A stretch of 64,000 nt of DNA from Pseudovirgaria hyperparasitica (Eukaryota), in assembly GCA_010093815.1 (NCBI GenBank), contig ML996574.1. The stretch is one strand, 5' to 3'. Below, piece by piece: positions 10,567 to 22,800 of the stretch. Both the position numbers and the translations under genes were made by a program. The notes under the pieces are model-generated. The model was not told the origin of the DNA, ran no database searches, and saw only the letters and a list, made by a program, of their open reading frames with translations. Positions within the stretch are counted from its first letter, which is position 1; each line of letters starts with the position of its first letter.

Positions 10567-13221
10567 TTATTTCATCTTCGCTGCCGCACGGACCATAAAT
10601 GCGAAATCGTCGGGTGTCTCCTTGAGCAGTGTACCGTTTCCGGCTTGACGACCGAGAATGTCCAGTACACCATTTTTGTCGGTATACAGCTGTGCTTCTA
10701 GGCTACTCAGAATACCAACGGCAGCACGTGTAAAGATTCGATCGCCTTCAAAGACCATGGCGTCCCAAATGCGGCACGCATTGTCTACACTCATGCGTCC
10801 AATCATAAGGCTTTCGAACATGGTGCCAAGAAATTCATCGGGGTGGAGGCGCAGCTTTTCGAACAAATGTGTGTATAGGGTGGGGAGCTTGATGTGCATG
10901 AGCTTGAGAACGTTCTCATACGCATTCGTAATGCGCGTAGCGTCGCGAAGAAGAATTGACATGGGCATTTGACGATTGAGAATGTTGGCCAACGCAATGA
11001 AGGCATCTGGCTGGTCTAGGTTGAGTACAAAGATTGCACCGAGGTTCTAAAGTAGTCAGCATTGTAGAATTGATACGCGAGACATAAACGGTACACCAAA
11101 AACATGGTATTCGGACAAACACCAACACGGGTTCTAATATTTGGACGGAATTGTAAGAAATAAACTTACAGCCATGCCAGGAAAGAGGCTGACATCCGGG
11201 CGGTACATTGAGTATGCCATCAGAACGTCACGTAGGGGTTGATTGCATGGCATACCATGTTGGAAGAGCTTTTCGGTGGGATAGATGTCTTCGATGAGAC
11301 GGTTTAATCTCTTGATAACCGGTTGGTCGATGTCTTCGCCCTTGTTCAAGCGAAATTGCTCAGTCGATTTTTTGAGAGCGCGATAGTAGCTATCATGGGT
11401 GAGCTCCAGTTCGTTACCGATACCCGTTGCCCAGACGCGACCACGGGCAGCAGGAGGAATCCCCTTCCACCATAGTTCACGAACACGCCGATCTTCGCGG
11501 AAGTCCTTCCAATTCGGTATGATAAGATGTTTCCATATGCCAACTTTGGAGGCTTCCTCGATGTCTTTGTTCTCAAGATCAGCCTTCAGCTTCGACATTC
11601 GTTTCTTCTCTGTGATAATCATGTCAGCTACGTCTCTGAGGCGTTAGTAGGGTCCCATACCTGCTTCTTGCGCGGCTGCCATGATTTTCTTGTATTCTCG
11701 TAGATGTTTCGCTTCCTCTTCCTTGGACTTCGGCGGTAGATGGCTTGGCCGCGTTCGAGACAAAACTGCTTCTTTTTCTTTGCTCATGGGCAGAGGGTCC
11801 ATCATCATGCTTGGCTTTTGGATCGGGGGTAATTGAATCTTGCTCGACGAGCCCCGCTTCTCTACTGAGATAGGTCGTGCACCTTGCTGGATCTCGAGCT
11901 CGCGCTGTGCTTCTTTCTCCGTGGCATGCTCTTCCAACGCAGCAGTCATGACGCGCGCATCATCGTCCAATGCAGATAGCACAGATGAGTATGATGTTGT
12001 TCGTGACGGCTGTGGAACCTCATCTAAAGATTCCATAGGTGGAGTCTTGGCGCTCAGAGAAGTGTGCTTATATGTCTTTGAATCCGGAAACGAAGCAGGG
12101 GCAGAAGCTCTCTGGCTTAGGTATGGACTCAGTGCCGTGCGTGAAGGCGATCCACTTCGGGACGGGTTCGGCGAGGGGGTTCGATCGTAGGGCATCCGCG
12201 GAGAGATGGGAATATTGACTACGTATGCGTCATCGGGTATATCGTTGTCATCATTCTCTTTCTCGTCGTATTCAGCCTCCAGCTCCTGTGCAGATTTCCG
12301 ACGCGTTGATTGCCATGACGTTCGACGACTAAAGCTCAAGGATGGCGATGCTCCTACAGTCGAACTAGAACTCTGGCGGGACGAGGTAGAGCCACGAGAG
12401 GATGATCGAAAAGGTTGAACCTGCCCGGCAGGTGAAGGTGAACGCGATCGATGCACAGCATGGATAGGCAGCGAAGTTGAAGAAGTGGTGAAGCCTCTAC
12501 GCACGCGACCTGGTGGCCCAAGGGACGGTTCTCGCATGGCTCCATTGACTTGACTTTGCAGATTAGGATATGCAGGCCGCTTGGCAGAATTTGTGAGGTC
12601 TCTAAAGCTACCACTTCTGGAGTTCAATGAGGTCATTGAAGGTCGCTTGTCCAAGAGCCTTCGCTGAGCACCAGATGAGAGCCCAGAGATGCCTGGATAG
12701 AGCATCTCGTTCGACATGCCCCCATTATGTAGCACAGAGCTCGAGCCATGATGGGTATCGTCCAGGCCAATATCCTCAAAGTGTGAGATGTCGGTTGGGC
12801 CGGCAATGTCGGACAGGTTCGAGGAGACGATGCTGCTAGCTCTTGAACTTTTGGAGGTTGTGAGATCCGGAGGCGAGGCTGAACCAGCCTCGTAAGGCAT
12901 GCTGGACATCTTGGACACATGCATGGGCGCTACCAGCTGTCGTACACGTGCTCTGGCACCTAGTGAATCTGGCGTGGAGAGGGCTGCTTCGGGGGAGAAT
13001 AGAGAAAGTGGCTGGGTCTTGAGGTCGAAATGTGCGTGCGCACTGTTGATCAACGAAGTGACATATTCGTGCTGTGGAAACGAGTGGAGTTCTTCGATGG
13101 TACAAAGAATTGATTTGGAGTCGGGCCTATTCACTGAGTAGGGCAGCAGGATCGTGGGAGATTGGTGTTTGTAGTGATCTGGGGGCTCGGTCGCGAGCAA
13201 AACCAGAGATGTGAAGGTCAT
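10567..13221 (-). CDS. TBC (Rab-GAP) domain protein, TBC1D12/14-like
   Basis: Exons 13221-11661, 11609-11170 and 11046-10567 join in frame via GT-AG introns. Motifs include EKEAVLSRTRPSHLPPK, RELWWKGIPPAARGRVW, LRDVLMAYSMYRPD and CRIWDAMVFEGD. The start could instead be the ATG at 12924. Confidence 0.88.
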
Positions 13222-14126
13222 TTCCGGTACCTGGCACTGCCTGGTAGCTATAGGCGATGCAAGTGGGGCCCCTGAGCCTGAGATGAACACCAGCCTGTGC
13301 GTACTCGTGATCCCCGGTCGCCTCACGGTCACGGTGCGGTTACCTAGGAACGCTGAAGACGGAGCATGCTGGTGAGAGATGTTGGGGGAGAAACAGTAAT
13401 TGCAATTACAAAAGACAGCACAGGCCGTGAGGGGAGAATCGGGGATATTGTAGAGTCGACGAGGATTCGGGAACTGAGGGGAGGCGGGCAGGGCGTTTGG
13501 CAGTGCCCTTGCGCTTCGCAATAGTATTAGAATAGCTCTTGCGCGCCTCGACTCAGCAACAACACGCAAGGGAGCAAAGACGACACACTCGAGGTCCAGA
13601 GTTGCGCTGCAGCACGCTCAAAATGGGGAGGCTGGGAAGCCTGGCTGATTGAGGATGGGATTTGTGCTGCAAGTTGTAGTTTGAAATGTCCGAAGGCTGG
13701 GGAGTCTCACTATGACCTTGATATGGCGGTGGCTGGTTAGTACTTGGAGATTCCTCAACCCTCAACGTGCACCACCAGTCAAGGTGGATATATTGTTCAC
13801 CAATTGCCGTCGCAGTTCAACGAGGCTAACTTCTTGAGTGTCCCACCTCCAATACATGGTGCAGAATGGAATGGAGAACTCCCCAGATTTCCCGTGTCTG
13901 TTCCCTGATCGCAGCCGTCTAACACGCATCTCGATCCAATAGCCAACCAAAACCGGCTGTCGGACAGGGAGGTTGACGACGCCGCTCTGTCAAGCTAACG
14001 TCATAGATCGAGATAATTGTCTATACTCTACGTCCAGTCTCCTCGCAGTACTGAGCGCCATTAATATGCATAAGATCCATCGCCCGTATAGATCCTGCGA
14101 GGCTCCACACCATGTTGAAGTCTATC

Positions 14127-17100
14127 CTATGTCGAGCTCCGAGGAGCTAAAGAGCCTGCTTCCTCTACTGCTCTCTGCACCATTTGTCTCTCGGCGATGT
14201 CCTCTGGCCTTGTCATTACCAGTTGCACCTTGATCCAGTGCAGAAAGTCGCTGTAGTGTGTCTGTCGACGCTGAAACGCCACTTGAAAGGCTGTGTATCC
14301 TACCCTACGCAACGCCGTTAGAATCTGCTACGTTGGTGGTCTCACAATAGACACATGCTGGAACATGACAGCGAAGAAGGCTCGTGCGTACAACGGCGCA
14401 TCTCAGAATAACAATAACCTTTTTGGCACTTCCGGACTTGACACTTCTGACGATTTGCGACTCACCATTGCACTTGTCGCCGGCAGATCAGCCTCGCTCG
14501 AGAACTGCGGTTGGCATGACGCACTTTGAGATAGCCCAGTATGACTAGGTCTTGGACCGTCTCTAGATGCGCGCGAAGAAGCTGCATGTTAGCTTGAGTG
14601 CTGGAGTGCATTCCTGGTCAATCGCCGGGCGGCTGAGCCCCACCGGCACAGCGCCCGGGCCGCTTAGAAGGACTTACTGATAAGCAATCGAGATGCGCCT
14701 TTCCGCCCCGCTCCTAAACACTTGAGATATTCCCAACATGTCTCCGCCGACTTCCTAAACCCGTAGTAGAGATTCGACAGAACTCTCCATCTGCTATTGT
14801 GACTGGCGTCAAGGAACATCTGCTGCATCTGGATCTTGAACCCGCTGTGCGTCGTGCTCGTCAGTGTGCTCAAACACCTCGCTACGAATGAGCAGACTTA
14901 CTTCAATGTTTTGCGATGGAACGTTTGCCCCGGGACTCTAGACATGTCTACAGTTAACGCGTCCCCTGCTGCTGTAACTAGTTTCAGTACTGATTCTGAT
15001 AATCTACTGCATCCAAGAAGGATCTTACTAGTCCCTACTGGTCGCTCCGGATTCTTCTGCACTTCCAACGTGGCCGTGTCGATCAGAATGCCGCAGTATG
15101 GGAACTGGCCGCCAGGGCCTATCTTTGCAAGACATGTATCATTCACTTTCGCAGGAAAGTTGGTTAATGATTTCTCCTTCTTGACTTGGACTCCATATTC
15201 TTTCTTTCCATCATGCATAGTCTGCAAGAATCGTTCTGCTTTACTCCTGTCTGTCGTAATAAGAAGGAAGTCATCGAGTAATCTCATAAGCATGCTATCT
15301 CGCTCGGACGCGAACGAGAGATAGTCCTGCTCCAGCTCGGCATAGAACAGACTGCACAGGAGTGTAGACACAACGGACCCTTGTGGTATGCCATTCTTTT
15401 GCCGGTAGAACCTCCTCCCAATCTTTACCAAGTTCTTTGTGAGATGCTCTCGTAACAGCGTTATCACACGCTTCCTGCGATCTGGTCGCTGTACCGAGAG
15501 GTCGACGAGAATTGTTTGTGCTTTTGTAAGCTCGGACCCCTTGTGCACACGCTGGTCAACAGGTCCAGCAATCGATTTGAAGCGTGTGACAGGAACTGAA
15601 GCGTGGTTTAGTCCGGTAAAATAGCGAAGGCCATCCGCTGGTCGGATTTCAGCCTGTTTGTGGACTTCATATTCTTCGGCACTGATGAGGTCTTCGACTA
15701 TTTCTACAAGTCGCTGCTGGGGTATAGTGTCAAAACATGACACCACATCGACCTTGCAAAAATATAGTCGCTTCCCCCAAAGACCATGTTCTAGAAGATT
15801 ACTTTTGAACGTCCGCAAGCGTGGAAAGATATCTCCGACCGAAAACAAAGACGAGCCTAACCTCTCCGGATTATTTGTCTGGGTAGTATGAGCATAGTTC
15901 CATCTTTGGTGGTGGTAACTTCACCTTCTCATAGTTCAGCACTCTAAATGCCGCGGCCAATGTTGAATTGATGCTACATCCCAGGATGACCCTGCCGTTC
16001 TTGTTGATCTGCATTCGTCGTTTGAGATTCATGATAGGACGTGCCCCAAATGTTTTCGGCAAAAGTCTAACGTGGCTGTATCCTAAGCATCGCGAAGCCA
16101 TTATTTTGGACGCACCCTCTCCCTTGATTTCCTCGAACATATTCACCTTCATGAGGCTCAATGAAGGCTCAGCTAGCATACGCCACACATCATGACGGTA
16201 ATAAAAAAGCCGCTGCTTGTGTACATTTGATTCGGTAACGTAGAAATTTGAGCGAATCAGCGGGATTAGGATTGAATCGAACAGGTAGTACACAAACTCG
16301 TGCAAGATTTCTCGTCGCTTGCCTATATCGCTCGCCGACGTTCTATTCTGTCTTGGGATATGAGGAGGTCGCAACCAACACATATCGTGTACCTGGCATA
16401 ATCAACTGTCTGAGAGCACCTGCAGAGTAATCACCACTTACCTTGAGCTCCTGGGTTACCTGATGTATCGAAAGACTCTCACATCGACGGAGGCCTATGA
16501 AACAGTCGATATAGCGCATTATCGTGTAATAGTTGTGCGTCAAAGTTTCATTGTCTCCCCAGAAATGTGATGGTACCACTTTTGTGATGATTGCTCGACA
16601 GAACGCAGACACATGCGAGATAGGAGAAGCAAGGTCAGTGAAGGCGACCTGCGTGTGAGGTATACTATCTCGCAAGGGATCGGAATACGTGTCAGTCCCA
16701 GCTTTACGAAAAGTCCTAGGACAATTACGTCGCCCATGGTCTACGTTGTCTAAAGTCTGTTGCCGAGTACGGTTAGGACAAGGACTCCAAAAGGGAAACA
16801 CCCCTTACCTGGACAGGACAGTAGTAACGCAAGACCTCTTGATACACACAACGTCCATGTCGTCTATGAAGATTTCTAACTAGCTGCGCTGGGTGCCCTC
16901 GCAAGCGCCTTGGGATGTTTGTCTTTAGTCTCCGTATGGTGGAGGCTGATCTACCGACGTACTGTCGTGATATCTCTTTCTCCCGGAGTGTGTAATCTTT
17001 TTGTCCAAGAGCCGTGTCTCGAGAGTCAATCTGTGAGACAAAGGCGTTATGGAGTCCAAACTGGCGAGGAAACATGTATTTCAATAAATGGACGAGCTGC

Positions 17101-18269
17101 TCCCGATCATCCAGGTCCACAAGACGGTTCAAAATGTCTGAGGTAACAGTTAAGATTGTCAAGCCTGACTCACATTGTTACTCACGAATACGCTGCAGGC
17201 CAAACCGTACTTGTCCGTTTGAAATTAAGGATGCTTTAGCATACATCATCCTGGATCTTATGAATTTAATGTTAGTAGGTCGTTTGATAGGTACAGCTCC
17301 TAATACTCGAGGTGGTAGGGCTTTCAGATGTAGTCCTGTCGTCCGCTGGAGAGGTGCTGAGGTCTTTAGTTCAATCAAAGGAGTTCCTACTATTTCAGCG
17401 GTTACAGTTATTGGGTGATCCTAGCAACTTACCACTAAGTTGATAATAAAAACCACGGCTGGCCTCAATGGGTATAAATATACCACAGTTCAGTAACAGG
17501 TTCGTCATGACTTTTTGACCTCCTTCCCCCAGACATTGTAATACTGAGCTCCAAGCAGCATTCTTCATGGTGTCCACGTGAGAATTGCGAACACTGTACA
17601 TCAAACCGGGAATTCCAGGCACCGCACGAACATGATCGGTATCTCGAGTTTGCGAATGGCAACGTTGGAACCCTGTGCAAAGCAGGTGAGATGGTTTTGG
17701 TGCTGACGTGTTCCTCCGGAAGAGCAGCCATATCACAAAGTCAACAACCTGTATTGATCATCAATTACGAATGATGCATTCACAAGTAGAATTCGGCTTG
17801 GCCTTTGATGGTAAGTACTGAAAGAAAGTCAACTCACTTCTGACTGCATGAAATTAGCTGTTCTACTGTCCACTCCAGCCGTAGATCCAGATAGTTGCTG
17901 CGTAAAGGCTTGCATCTCACTACGAGGGATGCTTTCACTGATATGTTCATGAGTCGCATGTTGGGGCTGTCCGATCAACGTGCTGTCCAGCAGTTCACGC
18001 ACGACGATGTCATCAATACCGTTTCCATTCCCAAGTAGATCGGGGCCATGCTTTCCACAATGAAGTATCCGCCGTCTGCGCTTCTTCGATGTCGCTGGGA
18101 GCTGGTCTATGAGGTATTGGCGAAGGCTTAGCACGCGTGGGTAGTAATGAGATAACACTGGGTGATCGACCCAATCTTTAGAAGGACTAAGTATGGAACT
18201 GTGCTTTGGATCAAGTCTTGGTCTCTTTGAGGGTGAATGAGTGCTTGTCTTAGGCTTTCTCTTAGCCAT
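14127..18269 (-). CDS. TERT: Telomerase reverse transcriptase
   Basis: Eleven exons: 18269-17838, 17748-17433, 17386-17186, 17137-16809, 16756-16442, 16392-15925, 15878-15029, 14971-14902, 14844-14678, 14562-14466, 14304-14127. They sum to 3423 nt (1140 aa) with consistent phases. Motifs: QFP (MFPRQFGLHNAF), T motif FYVTE, motifs 1/2 (RLLPK, RPI), A (KVDVVSCFDTIP), B' (GIPQGS), C (LMRLLDDFL) and E (FPYCG). Confidence 0.97.
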
Positions 18270-18324
18270 CTCCAGTTCCCGGCAGTGAAGACACGACCGG
18301 CGAGCGTTGTAGATATGGAGCCAG

Positions 18325-18480
18325 CGCGTGAGAAGGGCTGCAGTTATCTTAGCTAGACCAGAGCACGTGGGAATTGATCAATGGAAGAAGAGGATGGATG
18401 TCAAATTTTAGGCCAAAGCCCATTAAGAAGACGAGACGTTCTTGTTCTTAACGCGCTCCCGGAGGACGCGCAGAGACGCG
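18325..18480. promoter_or_regulatory. Cluster of MCB-like ACGCG cores upstream of TERT
   Basis: CGCGT at 18325 and ACGCG at 18451, 18466 and 18476, all within about 210 bp of the TERT ATG. Confidence 0.5.
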
Positions 18481-19898
18481 CTAGCACGTGCGATGATGAA
18501 TGATGCCTGAGGAGGTTCAGGCAAGAAGCACTCAGGATGTAATTATTACATTTTTAGTTATAGCTATGGATGTGCCTGGTAGGGACTAGGGGGAGCCCAG
18601 GTACATAATTAGTTGACTTTTATTAAGCTGCTCCGCTGATCATCCCACGCCGCCCACGCCCTGCCCCCAGCTGGAGGAGCAGCCGAGACCCAGCGGAAAG
18701 GCGGGAGGAGAGCCTGGGAAAGGCAGCGTTAGTACGTGGTAGGTAATGATACACACGCCCATGACAATAAACAATCATTGCTTTCCATCCGTGATACAGG
18801 GCTGCTCCATGCTCCGTGATCTGTGCCTTGGATGCCTGTCTACATCCTCTTCCCTCTGCGTCGTTTTTGAGTACGATAGCCGCATGGCAATGTCAAAGAT
18901 ACAGTATATGAGGCTAGTCATGTTCCCTGGCTCTTATAACTCCATAGCAGCCATGTCCCCTGACGCGCCTCAAGTCTTCCCAGGCTCAAGATGACTTTTT
19001 CTGGCTTCGTTACGATGGTGTATCCCAGCGGCTTGTGGGACAGTGGGTCTGAGGGCAAAGAGCGCGCACAGTCGTTCTGGATCGTCTTCAGCGCAAAATA
19101 CGTCCTATTCTGCGGACGAGCAGAGCTTCGTAACACTACGCAGGCGCCATGAACTGTTCCTGATGTAGTTTGCGGAGTATAGGCGAACGTACAGGGCCAT
19201 AGCCACTTACCAGAGCCCGTCCGTCTCAAGGGAATCCTGCTTTGGCGTGGACGAAGACATACTGTGGAAGAGCAAGTCATCGTCGTCATCCTCTTCTAAT
19301 AATAATGTGCCCTGTAATTGCTTTTTCTTTCCATTTGTACAACGAGTTAGGTAGTGGAGTATGTGAGCGGATCGGGCTGGAATATAAGGCATTCTTTCTG
19401 CGAAGTAATAGTGCAGGGCCCCAAGAGATCGATCTACCGGACCTACACCTCAACCACGTCTACAACACCACTACCTACTCTTTCTACCCACCACCCCACC
19501 GACTCCTCTTCTTTCTCACTGCCTCAACTCCTTCAGATCTTGCGGTCAGATCGGTGCGACAGTATTGCTTTCACATACTTTGCCCTATACATACCCTTGC
19601 CGCCCATTCGATTCGAAACACCGGCACCCATTGCCATTCCGCGCCCTGCAAGGCTCATTGGTTCATGCAACGACCTCGTTGCTTCATTGCTGGCAGTGAC
19701 TTGGACACGCCTCTTGGCCCCTGCAACCTTCTTCCGGAAGAATATCCAGCTTAGCATCGCCTCGTTGTCTCTGATCCAACCAGTCAGGTTTGGTCGATTG
19801 GCGTGCGAAGTCCGGCCAGCTCGCGTCCCGCCCTTCCCACTGGCCCCGGGGAATACCTCAGCAGAAAAACCGGAAATTATGCTGGAGTATCGACAGTC

Positions 19899-22800
19899 AT
19901 GTCGCGCCTCTCTCCTCAAGACCGCCTAGACGAGCCTTGGGACAGTTCTGCTGTCAATGCCTACTTCGAAGGCGAAACCCCGGACTTTGAACACGTCACT
20001 GGCGTGTTCGGTATTGACAGGAACAGCTCGAACTTCACAGATCCCCACGACTTTTATCGCCTCCCAACATCTGCCTCCCGTTCGAATGACCTAGTCGTAG
20101 ACAACAGCATGACATCTGCTGCTAGGCAACGTCCATCACAGCCAAATGGCACCAGAACAATTCCAAGACCAGGATTCCGCTCAGCTTCGGGCCCCGCAAG
20201 CTCAACACCTACATTCAAGTCGACGACCACATTGCCATCCACTAATCGTCAACAGGTTCGGAACCTTGTTGACAGATTCAATCAACCGACAGTATCGAGT
20301 ACTGCGCACTCTACGAAAAGATATTATCGTCCTGCGCGTGCCTCACTCGGCTCAAAGCCTCCAGCTTTATCAACCCCCTCGAAATCGACCTCCAATCCTA
20401 CAAGCCCCGTGAGCCTTTCTCAAAACGATGGCGAGCCGAACAAACTCTTCAAACCTAAACATAAAGGCCAGTACCCTCCCGCAATGGGTCCTTCGGTCAC
20501 AATAGGTGGTCTTTCAGGCGCAAAGGATCAAGATCTGGCAGCGACTGTGCTACGCTCACCACATCGACAAGTGCATCAGCATCCCGTCAGACCCTCACGA
20601 CCTGCGTTATTTGGCGAAATAGCATTGAGTCCAGATGGTATGGTCGATTTATCGAGGGCTCCTACTCATCCAGGAGAGCAGCAGACTTGGACAGACGGAA
20701 GCATGCATCGACCAAATGCCATGTTTCCTCGAGGGGGCCATAGCCGAACGCGATCCTACCAAGACGCGTCGCCAATAACAGATCTTCATGACTTCCACGC
20801 AAGTGGATCCGGATTTGCTGCACATCGGAAGTCGCGAAGTGAAGCATACAACTTCACACAACAACCATATGTCGCGTCAACGGATGTGTCCCCGAATCGA
20901 AGTAGATCCCCTCGTTCAAGAATCCCTGTCCGTTCAAAGAGGACAAGTGGACATTCTGAGTCCGGCTCATCGACTTCTTCACGAACAGGGTCGATTGTCA
21001 GCGAGTCACGTTACACATCTGCTTCACCTCCCAAGGACTCGCGTCTCCCGACTGGCCCACAGTCGAGAGCACAGGCAGCAAAATGCAATGGTAGACCCAA
21101 GACACCGCCCACGATATTAATGGCCAAACGCTATGAAGGAACACCTGTGTCTTCTCCCAACGGCAGCAGCTTGAAAGCTGTCATACATCCTTCTTTGCCG
21201 AAATTGTCACCACCGCTCCGTACCTCTCGAAGTCGACAGCCATTACCGACAGTAGCCTCCACGAATCGACCCAAAGAACCAAAGAGCCCAGTGCACGCAA
21301 AGAAGGGCAGCACTGGTTTAGGAGGCGCGAATTTCGCAGCACGTCGAAGCCTGTTTGAGAGCTCATCACAGGAAAGCCTGAAAAAACGATCAATACCATT
21401 GAGGAAGAAAAAGAGTGGTCTTAGTAGTGCACAACAGAGTCCGACTATAGAGGTGACGCCAGAGACGGTCAAAGCTCCTGCTCGGACTGAGCCGGCGGTG
21501 TCCTCTGTGGGGATTGATCTCAAAGTCGAGACAATCCACCTCCCCGTAGCAGCCAACAACACAGAGCCATCATCAGGTAATACCAATTTCGAAGCCGATG
21601 AGTCTCCAGTATTAGGCATGCCAGGACAGTTTCCCAGCAACTCACCATATATGGACTCGGAGGCTGTGACTGATGAATACGACCCAGCCATTCCGCGAGC
21701 TGAAGGTGAGGACACGGAGGCATCCAGATCTAACCAGGGATATCCGGCTCTCCAAACACCAGGTCGGAGCTCAGGTCCAGAACTTGACTACGTCTTCGGT
21801 GATGATATCGATACCCAAGACGATTTTTCGACTGGGCTAGATGGCGCCTCAGACGGATCCAGAATTTCCCAGTATCGCAATGATGCTAGCAACCCACCTA
21901 GTGCTGGTACTGGTAGTCACCGAAACACAACCTACTCGCATAACACCAGTGAGGATGATCTGGAATCCATATATGTGCAATTAGCAGAGACACCAGGTCC
22001 AGAAAGCATTCGCAATCAACATTGGTCGGAAAACTATTCCAGAGCTGGTCCGTCTGATCAACCATTGGCGATAAGACCACTTCGACCTTCTGTGAGGCTA
22101 CCGCATGATAGTTCCACTACCGATCGACCATATCTGCTGCATGGGTCTAGTGAGGACCCTTCTCCATCGAGTGCTGGAGCAACTTTCTTTCAGGAGGATG
22201 ATTCACCCATAGATGCCTCAAGACCACAACATAGCGAAACTGGTCATCTCGCGGGAGAGTTCAAGTCGGTCCGTCTATCCACAGGCGTAACGATTAGTGC
22301 CGAGGCGTATAAAAGTCTCCAGGCTCTCCTTGACTTCTATGAGGTGAATGATGTAACTGAAGACGTTGCCGGAGAGGTACAAGAGCAGGTAAGGCAATCA
22401 ATTTCGGCTGATGTTGCTGCACAAGGAACATGGTCCTCAAAGCCAGAGGCCATCGCCTTTTTGCAGAGTGTAATACGCGATGTCGACGAGGCCGTGTGCC
22501 ACGATTCGCAGACTCTAGTGTGGTCGGAGCGAGGCAGACGTAGCCATAATACGACGGCCGGCGAGGAAGAGTACGAGCACGATGGCTCCGGCGGAACTGC
22601 GATCATCTTGGAGCCACAGAGGTATTCTAGAGAGGGTGTGAGCCGAGCTCCATGGGAGCAACAGCAACGACAAGAACAACAACTTTTCGAGGAGGAAAGG
22701 CGACGCGAACGCGCTATGGAGGATCACGTGATCGACTCACAGTGGAGGACTTCGCCAGATCATGTCTCGGCTGCACAGCTTGGCTATGCAGCACAATCGC

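Noticed and set aside
13222..13569. N-terminal extension of the 641-aa TBC ORF
   Set aside because: It begins at a non-ATG codon and looks like 5'-UTR. The first ATG is at 13221.
14898..15848. Reverse-transcriptase ORF as a retrotransposon or retron-like element
   Set aside because: It is one exon block of an intron-rich TERT with telomerase-specific T and QFP motifs. No gag, integrase, endonuclease or LTR is present.
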